Shown here: positions 20,057-29,808 of the stretch, in pieces
Numbering within the stretch: the first letter of the stretch is position 1
Layout of the letters: each line of letters opens with the position of its first letter
From: Candidatus Eiseniibacteriota bacterium
GTDB taxonomy: Bacteria; Eisenbacteria; RBG-16-71-46; CAIMUX01; VGJL01
Length of the DNA stretch: 64,000 bases
Direction of reading: 5' to 3'
Assembly (NCBI GenBank): GCA_963792585.1
Contig: CAWBWI010000006.1
Span: forward strand, 576,001-640,000
Translations under genes and position numbers: made by a program
The notes under the pieces: model-generated
The model's database searches: none
Told to the model about the DNA's origin: nothing
Seen by the model: the letters and a program-made list of their open reading frames with translations, nothing else

Positions 20057-20641
20057 TTAGCGGAAGTGCGCGAGGAAGATCCGCAGCACCTGCGGGTCAA
20101 GCGCGATCGTTGCGAGTACACCTCCGATCGCGCCCCCGAGATGGGCCGCATGCCCGATCCGCCCCATCCGCCGTTTCGCGCCGACAATGGAGATGGCCAC
20201 GTATCCGATAGCAAAGAGGACGGCCGGAATCCCGATCGGAATCAGGAAGATATAGATGGGCGCGAGGGGCCGATAGAGGACGAATCCGAAGATCACGCCG
20301 GTCACCGCCCCGGATGCGCCGACGGCGCGATAGCCCGGATCGCGATGGTACAGGGCAAAGGTGAGGAGGCTGCCCACAAGCAGGGAGATGAAATAGAGGG
20401 CGACGAATCCTCGCGGGCCGAGAATCTGCAACATCGGCGGGCCGAAGAAGTAGAGGCTCAGCATGTTGAAGAATAGATGGCCGATGTCCGCGTGGATGAG
20501 GCCCGAGGTGAGGAGCTGGTGGACCTTGTGATCGCGCGCGATTTCGTACGGGCACTCTCCGAGTGCGCGGATCATCCCGGGAGTCGCCCACGCAACGAAA
20601 CTCGCCAAGCAGGTGATCAGGATGATGCCGAGAACCGCCAC
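20057..20641 (-). CDS. Rhomboid family intramembrane serine protease
   Basis: HLFFNM, GASG, AHLGG motifs; GTG start after GAGGAGG. Confidence 0.9.
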   Translation of the reverse strand: MAVLGIILITCLASFVAWATPGMIRALGECPYEIARDHKVHQLLTSGLIHADIGHLFFNMLSLYFFGPPMLQILGPRGFVALYFISLLVGSLLTFALYHRDPGYRAVGASGAVTGVIFGFVLYRPLAPIYIFLIPIGIPAVLFAIGYVAISIVGAKRRMGRIGHAAHLGGAIGGVLATIALDPQVLRIFLAHFR

Positions 20642-21080
20642 GCGCGCCTCCTCCTCACTGCGTACACCCCGACCCGGCAGAACCGCCTTCGGGCCAGTGT
20701 CCGGCAGCCGACCCCCCGCATGCAAAGCGGATCTTCAGACAGACCCTCTGCGCCTGCCCATGAGGAGCGCGTTCGTACAGCGCACCGTGACTCCCCTAAA
20801 CCGTGGGGGGACGAGTATGATGTCGTAATGGATTGTTGCGCATAACGTAACAGCCTCCCATAGGTCCGGCGGTCCTCCGCAGCCGGGCCCCGCAAGCCGC
20901 AGACGAGAAGACTTCGCGGTCGGCCCCTGCCGTCAAATCGACAATACTACTGTAAACATCTTGAGACACTTTCGGCACTTGAGATATAATTGTCAGGCAG
21001 CGTGCCGAGGCGAATTATTCCGCTCTTGCCCCGCTTGTCTGGGGTCGGCACGATGCAGCCGATAAGAGGAGGACCTCGTT

Positions 21081-21533
21081 ATGAGATGGTCCATGCGTGT
21101 CGTTCTAATCCTGATCGTCGCCACCTTGGTGCCGGCGGTGCCCACGAAAGCCGTGATGGTCCCGCTTGCCGATATCGGGAATGGTCTCGACAGGTCCCTG
21201 CCCCCCACCGCCTGCGACATGGTCAGTGTCCCGTCCGGCTGGAGCAGCTCAACTCCGGTGCCGATCCTCGACACGGAGATCGTGGGAGACGGCCTCCCCG
21301 GCCCGGGCTGGCTGGGATCCGGGACGATCATTCCCGGTCGTGAAGGGCGAAGCTGGCAGGAGCCGCCGCACTCCATGGTGATCGATCATACGCAGCAGCA
21401 ACTCCTGCTCACGCGCAGCATCGTCGCGCAGGGATTGATCACCCCTGTTCCCGAACCGACGTCGCTCATCCTGCTGGGAGTCGGGCTTGCCGGCCTCGGC
21501 GTGGCGCGCCGGCTCAGGAGGAAGTCCGCCTAG
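21081..21533 (+). CDS. PEP-CTERM sorting domain protein
   Basis: Signal peptide; C-terminal VPEPTSLILLGVGLAGLGVARRLRRK. Confidence 0.88.
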   Translation: MRWSMRVVLILIVATLVPAVPTKAVMVPLADIGNGLDRSLPPTACDMVSVPSGWSSSTPVPILDTEIVGDGLPGPGWLGSGTIIPGREGRSWQEPPHSMVIDHTQQQLLLTRSIVAQGLITPVPEPTSLILLGVGLAGLGVARRLRRKSA

Positions 21534-21625
21534 CGATCCGCACGAACCGGCCCTTGCCGGACGCACACGAAGAAGCCGTTCCGGGCGCGACCCGAAACGG
21601 CCTCCCTCAGGGAACCTGCAGGCTC

Positions 21626-23005
21626 TTATCGAATATCCGCCACGCAGAGCCTCATCAGATCGCCGACCTTCTCGAGCTTTTCGAGCGAGAAGACCGCCTG
21701 GCGGATCTTCTCCCGGCGCTCATCGCTGAACGACGGCCCCGCGAGAGCGTCGAACTTGATCGTGAGCTCGTCCTGCGTCATCGGATCGCGCGGATCCCCC
21801 TTCGGGATGTCGATCCTGCGATCGAAGACCTTCCCGTCGGTCGTCTCGATCTCGACGCGACACGGCTGGAGCTTTGGGAAGAGCTTCTCGAACTCCTGGT
21901 TCGCCTTGACCTTGATCTTCTGCAGCTGCGCGCGCAGGCGCGGCTCCATGATCTTCGATTCGTGAAACTGCTCCGGCGTGACCTTGTGGTCAACGATTGC
22001 CGCGGCGATGCAGTAAGGCAGCGAGTGGTCGGCCGCTTCCTTGGTCCGCGGATCGTACTTCGCCGGATCGCTCAGGATGTCCGCCGCACGGGCGATCGTC
22101 TCAATCCGCACTTCCTTCACCTGCTCGGCCTGGAGCTTGTTCTCGCGAAGCAGGTAAAGGGTCGCGGTGATCGGCGTGTGGGTGAGCGCCTCGGTCGGAT
22201 AGGCCTTCATCCCGCAGTCCTTGATCTTGAAACCGTTGCCGAGCCCGCCGATCAGCTTCTCGGTGTCCCACCCCTCGTGGAGGCAGTGGAACATCCCTTC
22301 CTTCCCGTCGAGGACGTTCTCGGGACCGGTGTAGCCGTGCTGCGCCAGCAACGCCGATTCCACGCCCGCGCGGGTCGCCATCGGGTCGACCGTGTTCTTC
22401 ATCATCGAGAGTTTGCCGGCGACCGCGGAGCCGAGGGTCAGGTGGCGGCAGGCCGAGATCCCCAGCGCGTGCTGCATCCGGTCGGGATCGAGGCCAAGCA
22501 TCCGCCCTGCCACGAGCGGGGACGCGAAGGCGGTCAACGTCGCGTGATGCCAGCCGCGTTCACGGATCCCGGGAACGGCGAACTCGCACAACCGCATCTC
22601 GATCTCGTAGGCCAAGACGATCCCGAGGATCAGGTCCCGCCCGGACAGTCCGTCGCGCTCGCACAGGACACTCGCGGCCGGAATGATATCGCTCGGGTGC
22701 GACGGATCGGCCTTCCAGTAGATATCGTTGTAGTCCATCGCGCGGATCATGAGGCTGTTGAGGAACGCCGCCTCCACCGAATGGGTCTTCATCCCCGACC
22801 CGAAGACGGTGCACTCCGGCTTCGCCGCCTTCTCGGCGACATGCTTCTCGACGATTTGCGAGTCGTGAAGCCGCGCGCCGCCGAAGGCGCAGCCGAGCGA
22901 GTCATAGAGGAACGCCTTCGCGTACTCGATCGCGTCGGGCGTCAGGTGGTCATACTGCAACTGCGAGGCCCACTCGGCCAGGGTCCGGCTCAGCATCTGC
23001 GCCAT
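21626..23005 (-). CDS. MmgE/PrpD family protein (2-methylcitrate dehydratase-like)
   Basis: DYND..SHPSD, GWHH, KAYP, ADHSLPY, PKGDPRDPM. Confidence 0.9.
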   Translation of the reverse strand: MAQMLSRTLAEWASQLQYDHLTPDAIEYAKAFLYDSLGCAFGGARLHDSQIVEKHVAEKAAKPECTVFGSGMKTHSVEAAFLNSLMIRAMDYNDIYWKADPSHPSDIIPAASVLCERDGLSGRDLILGIVLAYEIEMRLCEFAVPGIRERGWHHATLTAFASPLVAGRMLGLDPDRMQHALGISACRHLTLGSAVAGKLSMMKNTVDPMATRAGVESALLAQHGYTGPENVLDGKEGMFHCLHEGWDTEKLIGGLGNGFKIKDCGMKAYPTEALTHTPITATLYLLRENKLQAEQVKEVRIETIARAADILSDPAKYDPRTKEAADHSLPYCIAAAIVDHKVTPEQFHESKIMEPRLRAQLQKIKVKANQEFEKLFPKLQPCRVEIETTDGKVFDRRIDIPKGDPRDPMTQDELTIKFDALAGPSFSDERREKIRQAVFSLEKLEKVGDLMRLCVADIR

Positions 23006-23021
23006 CTCGATCCTCCCCTCC

Positions 23022-24965
23022 CTATCCCGCTATCCGGTGCCGTAGCACCGATTCGAAACCGCCCAGGGCCACGAGTTCCTGTGCCACCCCGCGCAGCGGC
23101 GCGAACGTGTAGGTCTTGCCGCCCACGGCGATCGTGCTCGACTCGAAATCGATCCGGGCCTTCCAGTCGGTGCGGATCGTCGGGTCCTTCACGCCCGCAT
23201 AGGCGGTGCGCAGATCGGTCACGAGTCGCGGGCACTCGATCACGATGTAGGCGTTGTTGAATGCATTGCGCTTGTAGGTCTGCGAGTAGGAGCCCGCGAT
23301 CACCATGGGAATGCCACGAAACTTCAGACAGGTCGCCGCCTGCTCGCGCGAGGAGCCGCTCCCGAAGTTCCAGCCCCCGACCATGATGTCGCCTTCCCGC
23401 GCGATCTCCTGGAATTTCGGATCGTAGTTCAACATCGCGACCTTCCCCATCTCGGCCGGGGAAAGGTCGTCCTTGTAGGTGTACTCCTTGCCGTAGATCC
23501 CATCGGTGTTCAGGTTGTCCTTCGGGATCAGGATCAGCGTCCCCTCGATGGACTTCGGGAATCCCTCGCGGATCGTGATCTTCTCGGCCTTCGGCTCGGG
23601 CGGGGTGTGCTCACGGACCGTCCCCTGGAGCTTGACGCTCGACATCGGTTCCGGCGCAGCGATCACGCCGGCCGCGGCCGAGGCGGCGACGACGGCGGGC
23701 GAGGCGAGATAGGCCAGCGAATCGGCAGCCCCCATCCGCCCCTTGAAGTTCCGGTTCGTCGCGGAGATCGCCACCTCGCCGGAGGCGAGGATCCCCTCGC
23801 CGAGGCCGATACATGGGCCGCACCCGGGCGGAAGCGCGATGGCGCCCGCGCCCACGAGCGTCTGCCAGTATCCCAGGCGCTTGGCCTCGGCCTCGATGAA
23901 GGCGGAGGCGGCGGCGATGTAGAGCTTCACGCCGGGTGCGACTTTCTTGCCCTCGATCGCTTGGGCCGCATCGGCGAAGTCCTCGAGGCGCCCGTTGACG
24001 CAGGAGAGGAGATAGGCCTTGTCGATCTTGACGCGCTTCGCCTCGATCTCGGGCAGGGGCGTGATCGTCTTGACCTCGTTCGGCCCGGCCACGTGAGGCA
24101 CCACGCTCGCGAGGTCGAGGGTGAACTCCTTCAGGTAGAAGGCATCCGGATCGGGTTTCGGGTTGTCCCGCTCGAACCGCTCGATGATCTCGGGCGTCAG
24201 CCGCGGCGTCGCATCGCCGCGACGCTTCATCGCCTCCGCGCGCTTGAGCAGATAGGCGCGCGTCGTCGCATCGTACGGTATCAGCCCGACGAGGGCGCCC
24301 CACTCCGTCGTCATGTTCGCGATCGTCGTCCGCTGGTCCATCGTGAGGGAGACGATCCCGTCGCCCGCGAACTCGATCGCGCAGTTCAGGGCCTCGTCCT
24401 TGTTGAAGAATCCGATCAGCGCGATGATGACGTCCTTGCCGGTGACCCCGTGAGCGAGCTTGCCGGTAAGGTTGACCCGCACGACCGGCGGGACTTCCCA
24501 CCAGGTTTCCCCGGTCGACCAGATCGCGGCCGCATCGGTGCGGACGATCGGCGTGCCGAGCGCGCCGACGGCGCCATAGATGTTCGAGTGCGAGTCGCTG
24601 CCCACGACGAACGTTCCTGGCAGGGCGAAGCCCTCTTCGATCATCAGCTGATGTCCGATCCCGCTCTTCGACGGGAAGAAGGCCAGGCCGTGCTCGCGCG
24701 CGAACGCCTCGATCGCCGCATACTTCGCCAGGTTCTCCGGCGTCTCGTTCTGGACGTCGTGATCGAGCGCCACCATCGGCTGCGACGGGTCGAAGACCTT
24801 CGACGCACCAATCGACTTGAACTTCGGGATGACAGCGCCGGTGTTGTCGTGCGTGAGCACGTGCTTCGGCCTGACGGAAACGAAGTCGCCCGCATGCACC
24901 CGGAATCCGGGCGCCAGACCGACCGCGAACCGCTCGGCGATCTTCTCGATTAGATTCTGTCCCAT
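23022..24965 (-). CDS. Single-chain aconitase-family enzyme (fused large plus swivel domains; homoaconitase-like)
   Basis: HDNT, GIGHQ, SDSHSN, SCVN, CGPCIG, TNRNFKGR, NTDGIY, NFGSGSSRE. Confidence 0.88.
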   Translation of the reverse strand: MGQNLIEKIAERFAVGLAPGFRVHAGDFVSVRPKHVLTHDNTGAVIPKFKSIGASKVFDPSQPMVALDHDVQNETPENLAKYAAIEAFAREHGLAFFPSKSGIGHQLMIEEGFALPGTFVVGSDSHSNIYGAVGALGTPIVRTDAAAIWSTGETWWEVPPVVRVNLTGKLAHGVTGKDVIIALIGFFNKDEALNCAIEFAGDGIVSLTMDQRTTIANMTTEWGALVGLIPYDATTRAYLLKRAEAMKRRGDATPRLTPEIIERFERDNPKPDPDAFYLKEFTLDLASVVPHVAGPNEVKTITPLPEIEAKRVKIDKAYLLSCVNGRLEDFADAAQAIEGKKVAPGVKLYIAAASAFIEAEAKRLGYWQTLVGAGAIALPPGCGPCIGLGEGILASGEVAISATNRNFKGRMGAADSLAYLASPAVVAASAAAGVIAAPEPMSSVKLQGTVREHTPPEPKAEKITIREGFPKSIEGTLILIPKDNLNTDGIYGKEYTYKDDLSPAEMGKVAMLNYDPKFQEIAREGDIMVGGWNFGSGSSREQAATCLKFRGIPMVIAGSYSQTYKRNAFNNAYIVIECPRLVTDLRTAYAGVKDPTIRTDWKARIDFESSTIAVGGKTYTFAPLRGVAQELVALGGFESVLRHRIAG

Positions 24966-25090
24966 AGAGTTAGCCTCCTCCACCCTACCCTGTCGACGGG
25001 GGTCTGGCTCTTGACGCGCTCGCCGGCCGGGATTGTGTCAACCCGTGGTCGAAGTCGTCAAGGCGGGGAAACCGAGTCTGTGGGGAATTC

Positions 25091-26245
25091 CTACCCAGGC
25101 AAGGTGACGGTGAAGGTCGTGCCCACCTCGCGGCTGGAACTGAAAGTGACCCACCCGCCGAGGTAACGCTCGGTCAGCAGCTTCACGCTGTAGGCGCCGA
25201 TCCCGCGGCCGCCGCCCTCTTTCGTCGTGAAGGAGCGCTGGAACATCTGGAGCTGAACGTCCTCGGGCATGAACGCCTTGCTGTGGATATGGAAGGTGGG
25301 TGCGCCGAGGTTGACGAAGCTCACGTGGATCGAGTCCCCGCGCGAGGAGGCCTCGATGGCGTTCTTGATCAAGTTGCCGAGAATCCGGCCCAGGAGGATC
25401 TCATCCGTGCGGATCATCGTGGACCCGGAGAATCTGGGCGGCTCGACCATGCCGCCGCGCGCCATGGTCAATCGGCTGTAGAGCAGGCAGAGGCGCGTGA
25501 CCAAGGGCGCGACATCAAACTTCCGGATGTCGGGCTTGAGATCCCCACGTTCCGCGGCGACCAGATCGCGCAGCGCCTCGATCTCATCGATGACCAGGCC
25601 CGCAAGCGTTCGCGCTTGCTCGTTGATGGCGACGGCCTCTTCGCCGCCCACTTCCGACCACAATTCCAGGAGCCCGCGAAGCCCGCCCGCCGTGTTCAGG
25701 AGATCATGACAACAGATCCGCTCGAGAACTTCGCGGCGCCTCTCGTCGGTCGTGTCACGGATCGCAAAGACCGTGAAGGATTCCCCTTGGACGTCGATGG
25801 GCGTGGTGACCACGCGCATGTCCATGGCCATGGCGCCCTGCGGCGACCGGAATGTGATTCTGCATTCCTCGGATTGCGGAGTGGTGACCGTTTGCGATTC
25901 CGTGATCGCCCGGAACGCGCCGCAGCACGTGCAGAACTGGCTCGTTCCGCAGCCATGCGGCTCATCGTCGGCGTGGATGCAGCCAATCGCCTCCCCGGGG
26001 CGCTGGCCGAGGACCTCGTCCCGTTCGCAACCGAGCATCCGCGCCAGCTTGTCGTTGGCGAGAACGATCTGGCGTTGCTCGTTCAGAATCGCCGCCGGCT
26101 CGGGGAAGCAGTCGAGGAGCTTCGCCAGGTTCGCTTCGGATCGGAGGGCAGTGTTCTCGTCCTCGATCTTTCGCATGGAGGCACGTCCTGCGCACGAGAC
26201 GGGGTTGGCTTCCGGCCGATGCATAGTCGTCCTTTCTCGGTTCAC
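25091..26245 (-). CDS. PAS-domain sensor histidine kinase
   Basis: PAS with Cys cluster (GCGTSQFCTCCG); HDLLN H-box; NLIKNAIEA, FTTK, GRGIG; start uncertain. Confidence 0.88.
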   Translation of the reverse strand: MNRERTTMHRPEANPVSCAGRASMRKIEDENTALRSEANLAKLLDCFPEPAAILNEQRQIVLANDKLARMLGCERDEVLGQRPGEAIGCIHADDEPHGCGTSQFCTCCGAFRAITESQTVTTPQSEECRITFRSPQGAMAMDMRVVTTPIDVQGESFTVFAIRDTTDERRREVLERICCHDLLNTAGGLRGLLELWSEVGGEEAVAINEQARTLAGLVIDEIEALRDLVAAERGDLKPDIRKFDVAPLVTRLCLLYSRLTMARGGMVEPPRFSGSTMIRTDEILLGRILGNLIKNAIEASSRGDSIHVSFVNLGAPTFHIHSKAFMPEDVQLQMFQRSFTTKEGGGRGIGAYSVKLLTERYLGGWVTFSSSREVGTTFTVTLPG

Positions 26246-26305
26246 GTTCGGGGGGCCACGTTCGTGTTCGGCCTACTACGTTATCGGCCTTCAGGAGAGG
26301 AGCGA

Positions 26306-27958
26306 TTAGGGGGATCCTGTCGCCGGAGCTTCCCGCCGTTGAATTACGAGGATTTCATCACCGCCGCAGATCGTATTCCGCTCGATGTGATATTCGGCGA
26401 GACGGTCGAACATTCGCCCGCGCAGTAAGGGGATGTGCCACCCGCCGGTGATGGCCAGGTAGTCGGGTCCCGATTCCCGCCAGAATTGCTCGCGAAGCCG
26501 CGCTTCCTCGGGACCGGACCACGGGGCGCGCCCGAGCGCGCGCAAGAGCGGCAGGAGACGGTGGCTATTGAGGCCCACGAGATCGACGACGCGATGACCG
26601 CCGAAATAACGCATCGCACCCGCATCGCTGACGCCCACGCTGGCCCCCGCGGGGATATTCGCGGCGACCCACCGCGCCGCGGACACCTGGAGATCCTCGA
26701 TGTTGCGGCAATTCCACGCGTATACCGCGCGCATGCGCGCATGCCCCGCGAGTGCCGAGAGGGCCGGAAGGAGAAGGACCGCGCAGAGCAGCGCGAGGCC
26801 TGCCCTGCGCGCGGTTCCCCGGCCCGTCGCGACGCGCCGCTCCAACTCCCGGAGCCCGATCGCGAAGACGAGCAGGAGCGGCGCCAGGCCCGGCAGCAGA
26901 TAGCGCGCGAAGTAGAAGTTCCGCACCGATCCCGGCACGTCCGGGGGCCCCACCTCGCCCATGGGCGTCCCCATCGAGAGGGCGTAGAGAAAGAACCATC
27001 CGAAGAGCCCCACGAGCACGAGCGCCGGCTTTCCGGCGCGCGCGCAGCGCCATGTGCCGAGCCCGACGAGGGAGGCCCCGATAACGGCCCCGGGGACGGC
27101 CACGGTCGTGCCGAGGCTTGAGCCGAAGAACGGCTGGCTCGTGAGCAGCGCGCCGATCCTCTGGAATTGCGCCAAGCTGAAGGGACCGAACCAATGCGCC
27201 TTCGCGTAGAAGGTGGCCGGCAGCGGCCGGCCCGTGGCGACGAGACAGTAGAGGATCCACGGCGCGATCACGCCGAGCGCCGGAATGACGAACGCCGCCG
27301 CGCGCCCCGGGAGGGATGCGGATGCTCCCCCCCGCCTCCCATCGATGGCGACCGGCCAGCAGATGGCCCCGATGATCGCCCCCAGCAGGAGGAAGCCCTC
27401 CGGTCTCGCCAGGATCGCGAGTCCCGTCGCAATCCCCGCGCTCCGGAGACGGTCGCGCAACGCGAGGCCGACGGCGGTCAACGTCAAGAGGACGAAGAGG
27501 GGCACCTCGGTCCCCGACATCGCCGCGAAGGCGAAGGATGGCACGAGCGGGAGAGCGGCCGCGAAGACGACGCCCGCGCGCGGCTCCCCGATCTGCCGCG
27601 CGACGCGATAACCCGCGAGGGCGGCGAGAGCGGTCAGCAGAATGCCCAGCACCTTCGAATACGCAATCGGTGGGATCCCGAGAAGATGCGCCGGGGCGAG
27701 CAGCAAAGCCCAGAGCGGGCTCGTCGATCCGGTTTCCTGCTCGCCGGGGTTGTAGGCGAACGGATGCCCCTGCGCGATCGAGCGCGCGTAGACCTGATGG
27801 ATCCACACATCGTCCAGCGGGACGCTACGCCAGGCATAGCCGGGCCCCGCGTCGTCCGCGGCGAGGTAGAGGATCGACACGATGCCCGACAGGGCGAGGG
27901 CGAGGAGCAACACCCGGATCTCCCCGCGGTCCAACCGAATTGCCCGCATCGCGGCCAT
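26306..27958 (-). CDS. Polytopic membrane protein, GT-C glycosyltransferase-like
   Basis: LDDVWIH..YAR, GSTSPLW, SGTE, RPEG, DAGA..DLVGL; many TM helices. Confidence 0.72.
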   Translation of the reverse strand: MAAMRAIRLDRGEIRVLLLALALSGIVSILYLAADDAGPGYAWRSVPLDDVWIHQVYARSIAQGHPFAYNPGEQETGSTSPLWALLLAPAHLLGIPPIAYSKVLGILLTALAALAGYRVARQIGEPRAGVVFAAALPLVPSFAFAAMSGTEVPLFVLLTLTAVGLALRDRLRSAGIATGLAILARPEGFLLLGAIIGAICWPVAIDGRRGGASASLPGRAAAFVIPALGVIAPWILYCLVATGRPLPATFYAKAHWFGPFSLAQFQRIGALLTSQPFFGSSLGTTVAVPGAVIGASLVGLGTWRCARAGKPALVLVGLFGWFFLYALSMGTPMGEVGPPDVPGSVRNFYFARYLLPGLAPLLLVFAIGLRELERRVATGRGTARRAGLALLCAVLLLPALSALAGHARMRAVYAWNCRNIEDLQVSAARWVAANIPAGASVGVSDAGAMRYFGGHRVVDLVGLNSHRLLPLLRALGRAPWSGPEEARLREQFWRESGPDYLAITGGWHIPLLRGRMFDRLAEYHIERNTICGGDEILVIQRREAPATGSP

Positions 27959-28010
27959 CGCGCCCTTCTCCCGCGTCCCGCGCATCGGCCCGAGGCTCCC
28001 CGTCATGTCG

Positions 28011-29672
28011 CTACAAGCCCACCAGAATCTGCGCGAGGATGATCTTCGCAATCAGCGCGACCGGATAGACCGCAGCGTAGGAGATGCTCGGACTCTCGCT
28101 TCCGGTGTGGTTGTTCGCGAAGGCGAGCGCGGCGGGCTGCGTGTGGATCCCCGCCATGATCCCGAACGTCGAGATCATGTCGTAGCCGAACCAGCGGTTT
28201 GCGACCAGAACGATCGTGAAGGTGGAGGCCATCGTGATCGCGGCGCCCGTCAGGAGCAGCGCGGGGCCCTGCGAGAGAAACGTTTGCACGAAGCTGTCCC
28301 CGGCGCGCGTCCCCACCCCCGCGAGGAAGAAGAGGATCCCGAGCTGGCGCAGCGTGAGGCTCGCGTTGGCCGGCATCGTCCAGACGATCGGTCCCGTCCG
28401 CCCCAGGCGCCCGAGGATCAGTCCCACGACGAGGGGGCCGCCCGCGAAGCCGAGCCGTAAGATGTGCCCGCCGAAGAAGGGAATCGGGATCATCCCGACC
28501 GCGACGCCCAGCACGAGCCCGAGGCTGAACGAGAGGAAGTCGGCTTCCGAGATGTCTCTCAGAGGGTTGCCGATCACCGTGGTCACACGATCGAGATCCC
28601 CGCGGTGGGTGACGACGCGGACCTGATCGCCGAGCTCCAGCGTTGCGCCCGGGTGCGGCGTGATGTGCACCCCTCCGCGCCGGATTCGGCTCACGATCAC
28701 CGGATGCCCCACCACGCGGCTCAGTTGATCGACCTCGATCCCGACCACCTTGCGGTTGATCACCACGAGGTCGCGGTACTCGATCTCCGGCGAGGACTGC
28801 TCGACCCGATCCTGCACCGACGGCCCGATCAGAAGCTCGGCCTTCTTCACCGCCCCCCGCGCGCCGACGCCGACCAGCACGTCGCCCTCTTGAAGGACGA
28901 CGTCGGGCTCCACCAGCTCGATCCCCTCCCCCCGCTTCAACCGTGTGAATACCATTCCGGTCAGGTCGGTCAACATCGACTCGTCGAACCGCTTGCCGAT
29001 GATCTGCGGATTCGTCACCCGGACCTCTCGGATCAGCAGATCCTCCGTCTGCAGGCCCGCGGAGCGGGTCGCCCGCTCCTCCTCCTTCGCGAAGTTGACC
29101 CGACGGAGCTTCGAGACGATTTGCATCGTGAGGATCACGCCGATCACGCCGAAGGGGTAGGCGATGGAATAGCCGACGGTCGGTCCGTTCAGGCGCAGCT
29201 TCAGGTCGACGGGATCGAGGGCGGAGTTCGCCAGGGTTCCACGCAGCGCCTCCACAGCCGCCGCCAGCGCCGGCGTATTCGTGAGGCTCCCGCAGAAGAG
29301 CCCCGAGGCGACCGGCGAGCTGATGTGCAGCAGACGCACCGCCAGCAGCGAGCCACCCGCGGCGACGAGGGTGGCGATCCCCGCCAGCACGGTGAGGCGC
29401 AGCCATTGCCTGCGGAACAGGTTGAAGAAGATCGGGCCCGATTGCAGCCCGACGGTGTAGACGAAGAGGATCAGCCCGAGGACATAGATCACCTCGGGGA
29501 TCACGAACGCCTTCGGATCGATCGCCCCGAAGACGAGGCCCACGAAGAGGACTGCGGCGATCCCGAGGGTGAAGCCGCCGACCTTCACATTCCCGAGGAA
29601 ATATCCCAGCCCGACGACGGTGAACAGCAGCGCCGGCGACGACGAGGCCAGCAGATCGAAAAAGCCGCTCAT
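28011..29672 (-). CDS. AspT/YidE/YbjL family antiporter with two TrkA-C domains
   Basis: GSLTNTPAL, YPFG, GIHTQPAAL duplicated membrane domains. Confidence 0.9.
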   Translation of the reverse strand: MSGFFDLLASSSPALLFTVVGLGYFLGNVKVGGFTLGIAAVLFVGLVFGAIDPKAFVIPEVIYVLGLILFVYTVGLQSGPIFFNLFRRQWLRLTVLAGIATLVAAGGSLLAVRLLHISSPVASGLFCGSLTNTPALAAAVEALRGTLANSALDPVDLKLRLNGPTVGYSIAYPFGVIGVILTMQIVSKLRRVNFAKEEERATRSAGLQTEDLLIREVRVTNPQIIGKRFDESMLTDLTGMVFTRLKRGEGIELVEPDVVLQEGDVLVGVGARGAVKKAELLIGPSVQDRVEQSSPEIEYRDLVVINRKVVGIEVDQLSRVVGHPVIVSRIRRGGVHITPHPGATLELGDQVRVVTHRGDLDRVTTVIGNPLRDISEADFLSFSLGLVLGVAVGMIPIPFFGGHILRLGFAGGPLVVGLILGRLGRTGPIVWTMPANASLTLRQLGILFFLAGVGTRAGDSFVQTFLSQGPALLLTGAAITMASTFTIVLVANRWFGYDMISTFGIMAGIHTQPAALAFANNHTGSESPSISYAAVYPVALIAKIILAQILVGL

Positions 29673-29753
29673 GGACCTCCCCTGGTCTCGCGCCCTCACG
29701 GTCCGACGGCAGGATACGGCAAGGTCCGGAGGCATGCCACCGGCGCGAAAAGC

Positions 29754-29780
29754 GTCCCCCCCGGCAGAACCGGGGGGGAC
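29754..29780 (-). terminator. Intrinsic terminator candidate after the tricorn/thioredoxin operon
   Basis: 11-bp perfect stem GTCCCCCCCGG/CCGGGGGGGAC followed by GCTTTT on the minus strand. Confidence 0.55.
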
Positions 29781-29808
29781 GGATCGTCATCGGGAGACCG
29801 GGACCGGA

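Noticed and set aside
20740..21080. Riboswitch or sigma54/enhancer upstream of the PEP-CTERM gene
   Set aside because: Hairpins and a TGTTGCG-N5-CGTAACA dyad are present, but there is no correctly spaced -24/-12 and no recognizable aptamer
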